Positions 18,120 through 28,844 of a stretch of 64,000 nt of DNA are shown piece by piece. How positions within the stretch are numbered: position 1 is the first letter of the stretch; each line of letters opens with the position of its first letter. Under the pieces are notes generated by a model. It was not told where the DNA came from and ran no database searches. It worked only from the letters and a program-made list of their open reading frames with translations. The position numbers and the translations under genes were made by a program. The stretch lies in NCBI GenBank assembly GCA_963788655.1, contig CAWBHS010000007.1, positions 45,527 through 109,526 on the forward strand, read 5' to 3'. This DNA is from an uncultured Verrucomicrobiae bacterium. GTDB lineage: Bacteria; Verrucomicrobiota; Verrucomicrobiia; Limisphaerales; JAFGQR01.

Positions 18120-20663
18120 ATGAATCGATCGCACCTCTGGAAGTTTCTCCTCATAGTCTTTATTCTGGGCTGGTCTTTGTACGAGATCTATCCGCCCTCC
18201 GGACGCAATGTCATTGATGTCTTTGTTGAGAAAGCGGTCAACCAGGACGCCACGTTCACCAACATCGTGAACCAAGCCCGGGCCCTCGAAGTCGAAAAAC
18301 CGGGCCGGCTTTTCGCCAATCTCAAAGAGGCGATGGGGACCAACGACATCACCAAGTATTTCCCCTACATTGACACCAAGAACGAGGACAATCCCTCGCT
18401 GTTCGACCTGCTCTGGGTCCAACGAGAAGCCTCCGGGCGCATCCGCTTGGGCCTGGATTTGCAGGGCGGCACCTCCTTTCTGGTGGAAATGGACACCAAC
18501 AAATTGCAGAACGTGTCCAAGGAAACCGCCTTGTCCCATGCCGTGGAAGTCTTGCGCAAACGCGTGGACAAATTGGGGGTTGCCGAACCGATCATCCAAC
18601 CGGCCGGCTCCGACCGCATCCTGATCCAGTTGCCGGGCTTGGCGGAGGCGGACAAGGAGCAGGCGGCGCGGATCATCCAGAAGGCGGCGTTCCTGACCAT
18701 TCGCATGGTGCATCCCGACAGCGCCCAGTTGATTGCCCAGGGGATTATCGAGCCCGGTTACCAGATCATGGAGGAAACGCGGGATCTGCCCGACGGCACC
18801 AAGAGCCGCATTCGCTATCTTGTCAAGAAAACGCCGGAGCGGGGTCTGACCGGCAAATACATCGAGCGGGCCAGCGTTTCCCGCGATCCGATCACGAACA
18901 AACCGGAAATCAATTTCGAATTGGACAGCGAAGGGGCCAAAATCTTTGGCGACATCACCCGGGAATACCAGCCCAAGGGCAACAAGTATTACCTAATGGC
19001 GATTGTCCTGGACGACGTCCTCTACTCCGCCCCGCGCATCAACGAGCCCATCGAAGGCGGACGCGTGCGCATTACCGGTGACTTCACGGATCAACAGGCC
19101 TTCGAATTGGCCAACGTGCTCGAGAATCCCTTGGAAGCCCCGGTGAAAATCATCGAGGAGCGCTCGGTCGATCCTTCGCTGGGCAAAGACTCGATCCGCA
19201 GCGGTATCAAGGCCTCGCTCATTGGCACCCTCGCGGTCGCCGCGTTCATGCTGGCTTATTATCTGATGGCCGGCTTGGTGGCGAACGTCGCGTTGCTGTT
19301 GAACATCGTCATCCTGCTCGGCTTCATGGCCTACATCCAGGCCACCCTCACGCTGCCCGGCATCGCCGGGGTCGTGTTGACCATCGGTATGGCGGTCGAT
19401 GCTAATGTGCTGATTTTCGAGCGCATTCGGGAAGAATTGGCCGCCGGCAAATCGCTGCGGGGGGCCTTGAATGCCGGCTACGACAAGGCATTCAGCACGA
19501 TCTTCGATACCAACCTCACCACGTTGATTTCGTCGGTGATCCTGATTTACATGGGCACCGGGCCGGTCAAAGGCTTCGGCGTCACGCTCACCATCGGGGT
19601 CACGGTCAGCATGTTCACCGCGTTGGTGGTCACCCGGTTGATCTTCGATTTTCTCCTGGCCAAAGGCTGGTTGAAGTCGCTGCGGATGCTGCACTTGATC
19701 GGCAAGACGCGCATCGACTGGCTGAAGTGGGCACTGCCGGCGTTTGCGGCCTCGTGGGCATTGATCATCGCCGGCATGAGCTACGGCGTCTTCATCAAGG
19801 GCACGGACGTGCTGGGCTACGAATTTGTCGGCGGCGACAGCATGCAATTGTCCTTCCAGGAGAAGATCGGCGTGGACGACCTCCGCAAAGTCATCTCCGG
19901 CTTGGACTTGGGCGAAGCGATGATCCAGTATCAAAAGGATCTTTCGACCGGCAAGGAAACGCTCCTCATCACCACCCGCAACATGGAAGTCAAACAGGCG
20001 GGCGGCCAGACGGCGGACCCCTCCCTGTTGGTGGAAAAGGCACTGAAGAAAGATTTCCCGAAAGCCGGATTCAAGGTGCTGGGCGTCCAGCGGGTGGGTG
20101 CCACGGTGGGCAAGGAAATTCAACGCACCGCCATCATTGCGGCGTTGCTGGCCATGTTTGGGATCCTGGTGTACGTGGCGTTTCGATACGAACTCTCGTT
20201 TGCCGTCGGGGCGGTCATTGCCATCATCCATGACATTCTCATGACCATGGGCTGGTTCTTCCTCTCCGGCCGCGAATTGAGCGCGCCCATTGTGGCGGCC
20301 ATTCTCACCATCATCGGGTTTTCAATCAACGACACCATCGTGATCTTTGACCGCATCCGCGAGGACTTGAAACTGGGGGTGCGGGGGAGTTTTCGTGACG
20401 TCATCAACCAGGCCGTGAACCAGTGCTTGAGCCGGACCATCATTACCTCCGGCACCGTCTTCCTGGCCACGATGTCGCTGTTCCTGTTCGGCGGGGGCGT
20501 GATCAACGATTTTGCCTTTACCTTCCTGATCGGCATCCTTACCGGCACCTACTCCAGTATCTACATTGCCAGCGCGATCGTCCTCTGGTGGCACAAAGGT
20601 GAACGGCCCAAGCTGGCGATGCAGGTGAGCATCGAGACGGCGGCGCCGGCCACGAAGGCCTGA
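18120..20663 (+). CDS. secDF: Protein translocase subunit SecDF (fused)
   Basis: LGLDLQGG, LTLPGIAGVVLTIGMAVDANVLIFERIREE (SecD); LTIIGFSINDTIVIFDRIRE, GTYSSIYIA (SecF). Confidence 0.96.
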   Translation: MNRSHLWKFLLIVFILGWSLYEIYPPSGRNVIDVFVEKAVNQDATFTNIVNQARALEVEKPGRLFANLKEAMGTNDITKYFPYIDTKNEDNPSLFDLLWVQREASGRIRLGLDLQGGTSFLVEMDTNKLQNVSKETALSHAVEVLRKRVDKLGVAEPIIQPAGSDRILIQLPGLAEADKEQAARIIQKAAFLTIRMVHPDSAQLIAQGIIEPGYQIMEETRDLPDGTKSRIRYLVKKTPERGLTGKYIERASVSRDPITNKPEINFELDSEGAKIFGDITREYQPKGNKYYLMAIVLDDVLYSAPRINEPIEGGRVRITGDFTDQQAFELANVLENPLEAPVKIIEERSVDPSLGKDSIRSGIKASLIGTLAVAAFMLAYYLMAGLVANVALLLNIVILLGFMAYIQATLTLPGIAGVVLTIGMAVDANVLIFERIREELAAGKSLRGALNAGYDKAFSTIFDTNLTTLISSVILIYMGTGPVKGFGVTLTIGVTVSMFTALVVTRLIFDFLLAKGWLKSLRMLHLIGKTRIDWLKWALPAFAASWALIIAGMSYGVFIKGTDVLGYEFVGGDSMQLSFQEKIGVDDLRKVISGLDLGEAMIQYQKDLSTGKETLLITTRNMEVKQAGGQTADPSLLVEKALKKDFPKAGFKVLGVQRVGATVGKEIQRTAIIAALLAMFGILVYVAFRYELSFAVGAVIAIIHDILMTMGWFFLSGRELSAPIVAAILTIIGFSINDTIVIFDRIREDLKLGVRGSFRDVINQAVNQCLSRTIITSGTVFLATMSLFLFGGGVINDFAFTFLIGILTGTYSSIYIASAIVLWWHKGERPKLAMQVSIETAAPATKA

Positions 20664-20674
20664 CGCCCCCGATC

Positions 20675-21649
20675 ATGCTGGCGCTGGCGGCAATCCTTTC
20701 AGCGAAGTGGGTCATTTTCATCCTCGTGGTGCTGGTGTTTCTGGCGCTGGACCTCGGGGTGTTTCACCGACAAGCCAAAGAAGTGCGGTTCCGCGACGCC
20801 GCCGGGTGGACCGCCTTTTACGTGGCGATGTCGCTGCTTTTCGGTTACCTGATGGCGCCCCGGCTCGTGCCCCAGTGGGGCCACTTGGAGACGCAAGAAT
20901 TCATCACGGGCTATATCCTGGAACTCTCGTTGTCCATGGACAACGTCTTCGTGATGGCCGTGATCTTCGCCTATTTTGGCGTGCCCCTGGCGTATCAGCA
21001 CCGCGTATTGTTCTGGGGCATTCTGGGCGCGCTGGTCATGCGTGGGGCCATGATCTGGTTGGGCGTGGAACTGGTGCATCGCTTCTACTGGATGCTGCAC
21101 GTGCTGGGCGTCTTTTTGATTGTCACCGGCATTCGCATGATCTTCGCCAAAGAAGAAGGCGTCCATCCCGAACGGAACCTGGCCATTCGCGCCGCTCGCA
21201 AGCTCCTGCCAGTCGCCACCCGCTTTGACGGCCACCGGTTCCTCACCCGCGTCAAGGGCAGCCTGGCGCTGACCCCGCTGGCGCTGGTGTTGCTGATGGT
21301 CGAAACCACCGATTTGGTCTTCGCCATGGATTCGATCCCCGCCATCCTGGGCGTGACCGCCAACCCGTATATCGTTTTCACGTCGAACGTGTTCGCCATC
21401 CTGGGATTGCGCTCGCTTTACTTCGTGCTGGCCGGGGCCATCGACTACTTCCGCTACTTGAAATTTGGTTTGTCGTTGGTGCTCGTGTTTATTGGCGTCA
21501 AAATGCTGATTGCCGAAACGGAGTTTGCCGTCTCGACGCGGACGTCGTTGTACGTGGTGGGCGGGATCATCCTGGTTTCCATTGTCGCCTCGATCTTTCT
21601 GGCCCGCATGGGTACGTCGAAAGACGGCGATTCGTCCAAGGACGCTTGA
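20675..21649 (+). CDS. TerC/Alx family membrane protein
   Basis: ELSLSMDNVFV, QHRVLFWGILGALVMRG, ETTDLVFAMDSIPA, FTSNVFAILGLRSLYF. Confidence 0.95.
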   Translation: MLALAAILSAKWVIFILVVLVFLALDLGVFHRQAKEVRFRDAAGWTAFYVAMSLLFGYLMAPRLVPQWGHLETQEFITGYILELSLSMDNVFVMAVIFAYFGVPLAYQHRVLFWGILGALVMRGAMIWLGVELVHRFYWMLHVLGVFLIVTGIRMIFAKEEGVHPERNLAIRAARKLLPVATRFDGHRFLTRVKGSLALTPLALVLLMVETTDLVFAMDSIPAILGVTANPYIVFTSNVFAILGLRSLYFVLAGAIDYFRYLKFGLSLVLVFIGVKMLIAETEFAVSTRTSLYVVGGIILVSIVASIFLARMGTSKDGDSSKDA

Positions 21650-21675
21650 AAGAGGCCGGCTATGGCCGGTCCTAT

Positions 21676-21816
21676 TAATACTACAGGGACAGTTCCGGCG
21701 AATCGCGGCAGGAGCGCGGCGTTTACGCCGCTTCACCGTCCTATCCCGCAGGCCTTTGGTGCTGGAAGCGGCCTAAAGGCCGCGCGCCTTTTTGTGAAAG
21801 TGTCGCTGTAGTGTTA
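21676..21816. mobile_element. MITE-like element with 14-bp terminal inverted repeats and TA flanks, enclosing a REP doublet, copy 1
   Basis: TA-ATACTACAGGGACA ... TGTCGCTGTAGTGT-TA; interior GGAGCGCGGCGTTTACGCCGCTTC / GAAGCGGCCTAAAGGCCGCGCGCC; near-identical to 36787..36938. Confidence 0.75.
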
Positions 21817-22115
21817 GATCCTTCCTCTCACCCGGTAATGATCGCGGCGCGGTGTGATTTCCACCACTGCGAGCATATCAGCGCGAACTCGCGTCCGTAT
21901 GGCACCAAGTATTGAGTCGATACGGCCCGGGCGCCAGGACATTTCTTCGTTCTTGGTCATTGATCAATGGTCACCGTTGCCCTCATCGGATGGCTGAACT
22001 CAGCCCTGAAGTTTTCAAACGGTCGCCAGACGGATTTGGCAATTGCGCGAAAACGGAGTTCCGCAATGGCACACTCATAGCTATCGGAGAGACGACTTTG
22101 ATGTGGTTGTAAGTT

Positions 22116-22592
22116 ATGAGTGAGCGTCAGAAACAAACGGTCTTCCTGAAGCGACTTCTTCAAAACGAAGAATCCGAGCAACAACAGGAATTGCAGCAAC
22201 GAATCGCCCAGGCGGAACGTGACGAACGATGCGTCCGTACGGCGATGCATTTGGTGGCGGTGATCGGATTGCTAAGTATTTCAGGCATTTGTTACGAAGC
22301 GGTTTTTGTCGAGGATTTCTTCCAAAACCCAACGCATCTGTTGACCCGCGTCCTGGCCTATTTGGGGTTGGGATCGCTCATCTCCTGGGTCATGTTCTTA
22401 GGGTACTATTTATGGCATCGCGCTTTGACCAACCGCTATTGCGAGGAATGCCGACGCTTGCTCATGACCGCCCAACAGCACGCGGTGGTCCAGATGGAGC
22501 CATCTTCCTGCTCGGAAACGACACAGTGGGTTGTCTCAAAAGAGGACACTCCGCCCGACCTGCAAAGCGATCCGTTGCGCAAAGCGGCTTAA
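22116..22592 (+). CDS. Hypothetical two-TM membrane protein
   Basis: 158-aa ATG ORF: charged helical N-terminus, two hydrophobic segments, CxxC after TM2; fills the gap between genes. Confidence 0.7.
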   Translation: MSERQKQTVFLKRLLQNEESEQQQELQQRIAQAERDERCVRTAMHLVAVIGLLSISGICYEAVFVEDFFQNPTHLLTRVLAYLGLGSLISWVMFLGYYLWHRALTNRYCEECRRLLMTAQQHAVVQMEPSSCSETTQWVVSKEDTPPDLQSDPLRKAA

Positions 22593-22663
22593 CCCGACCG
22601 CGAAAGTTTTCCTTCTTCCCCCCTCCCCTGAACCTCGCCGGAGCCGTTGGTTCCCGGTGGCAA

Positions 22664-25600
22664 TCACCGCACCGCCACCGTTTTCCCGCCCGGCTCGATC
22701 ACCACGCGGAATCCCACGTTGTAAACCTTTTCGTAACTCGGATAAGCCCAGCGGAAGCCGGAACCGCACCGCTGCGGGCGATCACGCCACGAACCTCCGC
22801 GGACGACTTTCCGGCCATTGAAGATTACCGCCTCGCGCCCGTCGGCCGGATGGTACGGATAGGGCCGGTAGGTGGTCCGGGTCCATTCGGCGGCGTTGCC
22901 GTGCAGGTCACACAATCCCCAGGTGTTGGGTTGGTAACTGCCAATTGCCGCGGTAACCAGCGCGCCGTCGTCGAAACGATGGTCGCGCACCACCAGATCG
23001 GGGGCTTGGGGACGCCAGCCTTCATCGGCGAGTTTGCGGAGATTCACGTCGCCCATATTGCCGAAGCGGCTGAAGTCCGTGTCCAGGTCGCCGTGGAATA
23101 ACCGTGAGGCAGTGCCGGCGCGGCAGGCCCATTCCCATTGGGCTTCGGTGGGCAGAGTCACTTCTTCGCCCAACTTGTCGCCGAGCCAACGGCCGAAGGC
23201 CAGGGCTTCTTGCCAGGAAACGCGCACCACCGGTTGGCGAGGTTCGTTCAACGGCCAGCCCAGGTAAGCCTCGGCAAAAATCCATGAGCTGCGATGCTCG
23301 AAACGGCTGTCATGCGACGGATCAAACTGGGCGAATTGTTCGTTGGAGACTTCGCATTTGCCCATCCAGAACGGGTGGTCCACGGTCACGCGGGTCAGCG
23401 GGCGCTCGTCGGGTGCGCCATCCGGATCGCCCATTACGAAGGAACCGGCCGGAATGCGGACGAACTCCATCTTGATCCCGTCACCCAGATCAACGATGCG
23501 TTTGACCGATCCTTGCGCCGCCTGCAACGCGCGGGCCTGGTCGGCGGTCATCGGCCAATTAGGCGCAGTCACAATCTCCGGCTTCGACTCCGGCAGCGGC
23601 TCCGGCATCACCGGCACGGGTGGCACGTAATCCGGTTCGGGAACTTCCTCATCGTTCTCCATTACGCCACCGTAAAGCCGGCGCAGTTCCAGCCGGCGCG
23701 CGCACTGGTTGTCGGGGACTTTGGTGGTTTCCGCCCAGGTGCCCTGGCAGGGCGCATTGAGATCGATCCAGGTGATCAACCGGTCCCAGGCTTCGTCATT
23801 GAGCCGGACGTGGTGGTGTCCTTTGATCAACATTTGCACCAACTCTGAGGTATCCGCGTGGAATTCCATCGGCGGCAGCAAGTGCAGGTCGCTCTCCAAT
23901 CCACCCACTCGCACGTATTGCCGCAACACGGCATAACTGGGCTCGAATACGCCGGCGTACTTGCCCAGCAATTCCGGCTTCGTGCCGTGCATGAACTTCG
24001 TTCGCGGCTGGCCGTGTTCATAGACCACGTAACCGCCCTGATCGCGGCGCAAGTCGGGAAGACGCTGGCCGTCATCGCGCGGTTGGCCGTTGTGGCAGCC
24101 GACGCAATAGCGGTCGAGCACGGGTTGAACTTCGCGCGCGAAACTGAATCCGCGCGCGGGGCCGCGCCACGGTTGAATGGCGGAAGGCTCACGTTCGAGG
24201 GCCAGGCGACGATTCATGCCCGGCGGCGCCGTGCTTTGCCGGTCGTGGCAGCCCACACACGAGACGTTTTCGCCCGGCATGGCGGTCATCCAACTGCGCA
24301 TCAGCGCCACGGCTTTGCCACCGGCATCGAGCGGTTGAAACGAAAGCGGTTCCTTGGCCGGCACGTGGAACAGCGCGGAACCATCGGCTTCCACCGGCAC
24401 CGTGCCCAATACGCGCTTGACCTCCCACGGTCCGTCGGCGCCCACGCGATGGTCAATGCCGGCCAGTTTTTGGTAGCCGAAATGGTAGGTGAACACGCGC
24501 AGGCTCTTCACCGTTCCGCGCGGCACACCTTTCAATCCCGGTCCGCGGTAAACGTCCTCCATATAGACCAACGCCTCCGAGCGCTCTGGTTGCGACTTGG
24601 GCTCGATGACCGGCGGGATCGGTCGTTTGACCAGAGGAATGGGCTGCATCAGTGCAAAGCCTTCCTCCTCTTTCACCAGCACTGTGTTGTCAAACGCATC
24701 GACCAGGTAAATGCCCCACAGGGCGTCTGGATTGGGTTTGCACGCCACCAGGAAATAATTGTCGCTGAGCGGCCAGGGATGCAGGAACTTCGGCCAGTGA
24801 TGTTCGGTAAGCTTGTCTTCGATCTTTGGTTCCACCGGCTGGCCGCGGCCGGGAATACGTTGCACCACGCCGTCGATTTCGTGCCGTCCCCGGGCCGGAT
24901 CGAATAGCACCAAGTCGCCCACCCGGCCTTCGTGATGGCCCGTGACGATACTAATGAATTTCGTTTCGTCACCGGGAATGGCGCGGGCAAAAAACATGGC
25001 GTTCGGCCAGTAGGAATTGGCGCCATAGTACTCCATCTGCCCGGTGCCGTCGGGATTCATACTCATGAGCAGACGGTTCCAAACGTGCGGCGTGTCGGTG
25101 TAATCCCAGCGCAGGTAGAGAACTCGCCCGTTGTTCAACACACTCGGGGTGTAGTCATGGTCCTGCTCGAAGGTTAGTTGGCGGATGTTGCATCCGTCGG
25201 CGTCCATTTGATACAACATGCCGACAATTACCCCGGCGTTGCAGGGCACGCCTTGGAGCGGCGCCGTGGACAGAAAATCGATGTGTCCGTCGGGCAGGTA
25301 AATGGCGTTGTAATTGTGGACATCCGACAGGCTGGGCGTGAGTTGATGCGGCTCAGCCGGGCGTCGGGCGGCGAGCGTGGAGGGATTGAGTTTAAGTTCG
25401 TGAATCTGCCACTTCCGGTTTTCGTCCGGCATCGAGTAGAGCAATTTGTCCGCGTTCCAATGAAGGTCCAGATCGTTGATCAACCACGGCTCTTCCGGCT
25501 TGAACAGCGTGGTGAGCGCACCGTCCGGCTGGACCGGGGAGAGCGCGGCGATTTCGTTGTCCCAGTGGTCCACGTTGGGCATGGTGCCGTTGTTCCAGGA

Positions 25601-26930
25601 ACTCTGGCGCGGCACGCCGAGGAATTCGCCGTAGCCGTAGCCTTCCCAACTGGACCGTCGCGCATCGCCGATGGGTTTGCGTTTGAGCACCAGCAAATGA
25701 TCGAAGTCGAGCAACGGATTGGCGAGGAGGGCTTCACGTTTCAAGGCTTCAAGGTCGGCATAGAGGGTGGCGAGATATTCGTAGTCGGTGAGGGATGGTG
25801 AGGCCGTTCCCGTGGGGTTCGATGTGCGCGTTTGGCTGAGCGATCCCCGCGTTTCTAACCGGGGAAGAATGAGCGGACTCACGTCCGCTGCTACGAGGCT
25901 CCAGGGTGGCCAGCGCAGATTCGATGGATTTTTCAAGCTGGTCCAATCGCTTCAGATATTCGCTGCCGCGCGGATAATTTTCACCGTAGGTTTTGGTCAA
26001 ATCCGAGATCGCCAACCGCAGGCCTTCGAAGTCAAAACTACTTGCTCGCACCAGCGAGGCATCCAACTGCCGGGACCGATAGTACAATTCCCGCGTCTGT
26101 TCCATACCGACCTGGTCCACAACCCTACTGGCCAAGCGAGCTGCGGCGGTCGCGAGGGGAGGAACACGATCACATGCTTGCGCATACCGCTGCGCCAACG
26201 CGATCCAATCTCCCGGCGTCCAATCGAATTCGTAGATGCGGTCTTCGCGTTCCCAGTTCATCTGCTGACGTTGTGGGCCTTCAGGAAAATCGCGGGCGAC
26301 CCATTCGAACAAACGCTTCCGTGCCGCGGCGCGCGCTCCGAGCACACTGAACCGCACGGTGCCGTTCGTGCCGGCCCAATCGTCCACGCCGATCCAGGTT
26401 TCGAACCGTTCGTATTCCCCGTCCAACGGCACCCGGATCACACTGTCCGCTTGCACGTTCAGTCCGCGGTCAAACTCGCGGCCTGGCAGGCGCATTTTTT
26501 GATAAAGACCGGAGCGCAAGGTCAGATTCAATTCGTGCCGGCCCCGGAGCACTTTGAAATTCTTGGAGTCACTGAGTGAAGTGACCGAACCGTCTTTGCC
26601 GATCAAGCGCGCGTCCGCCCAATCCGCCACGCCCCATTTGACATCCGGGCAACCGGTCACAAAGAGGTACATATCCCGCGCGCCATTGATCGATAGCTCA
26701 ATGTGTCGGGCGGGTTGTTGACCGCCACGCATCGTGCCGCTCTCGAAGGGAGCGAATCCCTCCTCCAGATGCCGGGCCTCGAGGGCTTGCAGCGAGGCGA
26801 GCATCGTGTCCTGCCAGGTTGCCTTTTTCATGTAAAAGGCAGGATCCGCCGCCAATGCACCCAGCGCGAGTGATAGTCCCAAGAAAGGAACCAGAGGGAA
26901 AAGCAATGCAGAAAGCCGTTGAGTCTTCAT
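22664..26930 (-). CDS. Secreted multidomain protein: NPCBM/NEW2 + HzsA-like beta-propeller + two CxxCH + FGE-sulfatase (SUMF1) domain; frameshifted at ~25780-25900
   Basis: The upstream ORF (signal peptide MKTQRLSALL.., VADWADARL, FETWIGVDD) and the downstream ORF (LLANPLLDFD, LYLRWDYTD, LGTVPVEADGSA, CVGCH twice, LPTEAQWEWACRAG, GNAAEW, RGGSW, VGFRVV) overlap out of frame around an internal REP. Confidence 0.85.
25779..25896. repeat. Intragenic REP doublet (GTAG type), left arm degenerate
   Basis: GAGCGGACTCACGTCCGCTGCTAC hairpin at 25871..25894; outer ends TCGTAG (25779) and CTACGA (25896) are reverse complements; resembles the intergenic doublet at 54719..54788. Confidence 0.65.
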
Positions 26931-27003
26931 TTGATTGGATGTGCTTTGTTCGGGCGAGAAGCATAGACAACCGCCGGCCAAATGCCATCGCAAAATGGAC
27001 GGC

Positions 27004-27072
27004 GGAGCGCCGCCATTCTTGTCGGCTCGAACGTTGGTGTGAGCCTCGGGCCGACAGGAATGTCAGTGCTCC
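27004..27072. repeat. REP doublet (GGAG type)
   Basis: GGAGCGCCGCCATTCTTGTCGGC ... GCCGACAGGAATGTCAGTGCTCC. Confidence 0.75.
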
Positions 27073-27230
27073 TCGAAGCGTGGCTTTCCACGCTTCACCA
27101 CTTTAACGCTTCAATCCTTCAACCTTCTTCCGCGCACCAACAAATTAATCCGCTTTTCCCTTTCCTCTTTTCGACCGCGTCTCCATGCTCGCGCCCTGTT
27201 TGAAAAATCGTCCGAGCAGGGACGCGTCCG

Positions 27231-27291
27231 GTTCGGAGTCCCGCCTTCAGGCGGTTCAAACGCTGTGCCGCCTAAAGGCGGGACTCCAAAC
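27231..27291. repeat. REP doublet (GGAGTCCCGCCTTCAGGCGG family)
   Basis: GTTCGGAGTCCCGCCTTCAGGCGG ... CCGCCTAAAGGCGGGACTCCAAAC. Confidence 0.8.
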
Positions 27292-27337
27292 GGCAATTGT
27301 TGAACCGAACTTAACAACACAAACCTGTTTACAAACT

Positions 27338-28547
27338 ATGACACTGCCAACGGTATTAATTCGGCCCGGTGAAGCCGACCGGGTGCTCGCGGGACATCCA
27401 TGGATTTATCACGGCTCCGTTTTGCGTCTGACCGCCCCGGCGGCGGACGGCGATGTGGTACAAGTCAAAGATCATCGCCAGCGTTTCCTGGGCCTCGGAT
27501 ACTACAATTCCAAATCTAAAATCAATGTCCGCCTGATTTCGCCCGAACGGGTGGACGTGGATGCCGACTTCTTCGAACAACGCATTCGGGCGGCGTTGGC
27601 GGTTCGCCGGCGGCACCTGCCCGGAGCCACTTCATTCCGCGCGGCCAATGCGGAAGGGGACTTTCTCAGCGGCTTGGTCGTGGACAAGTATGAGGACGCC
27701 CTGGTGCTGCAAACTTCCGCGTTGGGCATGGACCAGCGCAAGAGCTTGATCGTGGCGGCCCTCCAACGGATTTTCTCAGCGCGGCTGATCGTCGAACGCA
27801 ATGAACTGGCGGCGCGTAAGTTTGAGGGATTGCCCGATACCAACGGCCTTCTGGCGGGCGAAGGCGACGCGCGCGTGACGGTAAACCTCAACGGGCTGAC
27901 GTTTACCACCGATTTGCTGACCGGCCAAAAAACCGGTTTATATCTCGACCAACAAGTGAACTACGCGCGCGTGGCCGACTTTGTTCCTCTGCTGCCCGGC
28001 GCCCAAGTGCTGGACTGCTTCAGTTTCTTGGGCGGCTTTGCCATTCACGCCGCCCACGCCGGCGCCGCGCATGTCCATGGGATCGATCAAAGCGCGGACG
28101 CCGTGACCGCAGCCAACGCCAACGCCGCGGCCAATGGCTTGGCGGAGCGCTGTTCCTTCGAAGCGGCCAACGTGTTCGATTGGCTGAAAGCAAAAACCGC
28201 ATCCCGGCCGAACGAAAAGGTGATTCCACAGTTTGATCTGATCATTCTCGATCCACCGTCCTTCACGCGGAACCGCGCGTCAGTGCCGGATGCATTGCGC
28301 GGCTACAAGGAAATCCATCTGCGGGCGCTGAAGCTGCTCAAACCCGGCGGCATCCTGGCCACGTTCTGCTGCTCGCATCACGTGGATGCGGAGACTTTTC
28401 AGGATGCCATCCTGGCGGCGGCGTTTGACGCCCATCGCGTGCTCCGCCGAATCGCCACGTTCAGCCAATCGCCGGATCATCCCATTCTCCCGTCCATCCG
28501 GGAAACGGAGGTACTTGAAGGGCTTTGCTTTTGAGGTAGTCCGCTAA
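27338..28547 (+). CDS. rlmI: RlmI-like class I SAM-dependent rRNA methyltransferase (+1 frameshift at ~28510 near the C-terminus)
   Basis: GHPWIY PUA domain, EGDFLSGLVVDKY, GQKTGLYLDQ, VLDCFSFLGGF, ILDPPSF, CCSHH, DHP. Removing one G at 28510/28511 restores the conserved ETEYLKG end. Confidence 0.88.
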
Positions 28548-28844
28548 GGGTCTGTCTGCGAAGTCGCCCGAACGGACACACCTTGATACAGTTATCATTA
28601 CCGCCCGCCGACGTTGCTTGACGCCGATGGCGGGGCGATGGGAAAAGCTTGTCGGGCGGCCTCCATGAACGCAGCAAGGCTCCGCTGGCCTCGCTACCAT
28701 GAATAGAACATGAGCACAATACGACGTTGCCACTTGTCCTCGCCTGCTTGGTGGGGCGAGCAGTGTCTGGGTGATGGGTTTGATCCGGACCGAAAAGGAG
28801 CCGCGGAGGCGGCCTTCCAGCAACCAACACACGGGAGTAACTTT

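Noticed and set aside
21850..21975. CRP/FNR-like sites (TGTGATTTCCACCACT; CATTGATCAATG palindrome) upstream of the 158-aa gene
   Set aside because: One half-site is poor and the TTGAT/ATCAA halves lack the 4-bp spacer; cannot be distinguished from chance.
22664..25780. Hydrazine synthase / anammox capability
   Set aside because: Only an HzsA-like domain fused to NPCBM and FGE domains; no beta/gamma subunits or other anammox genes.
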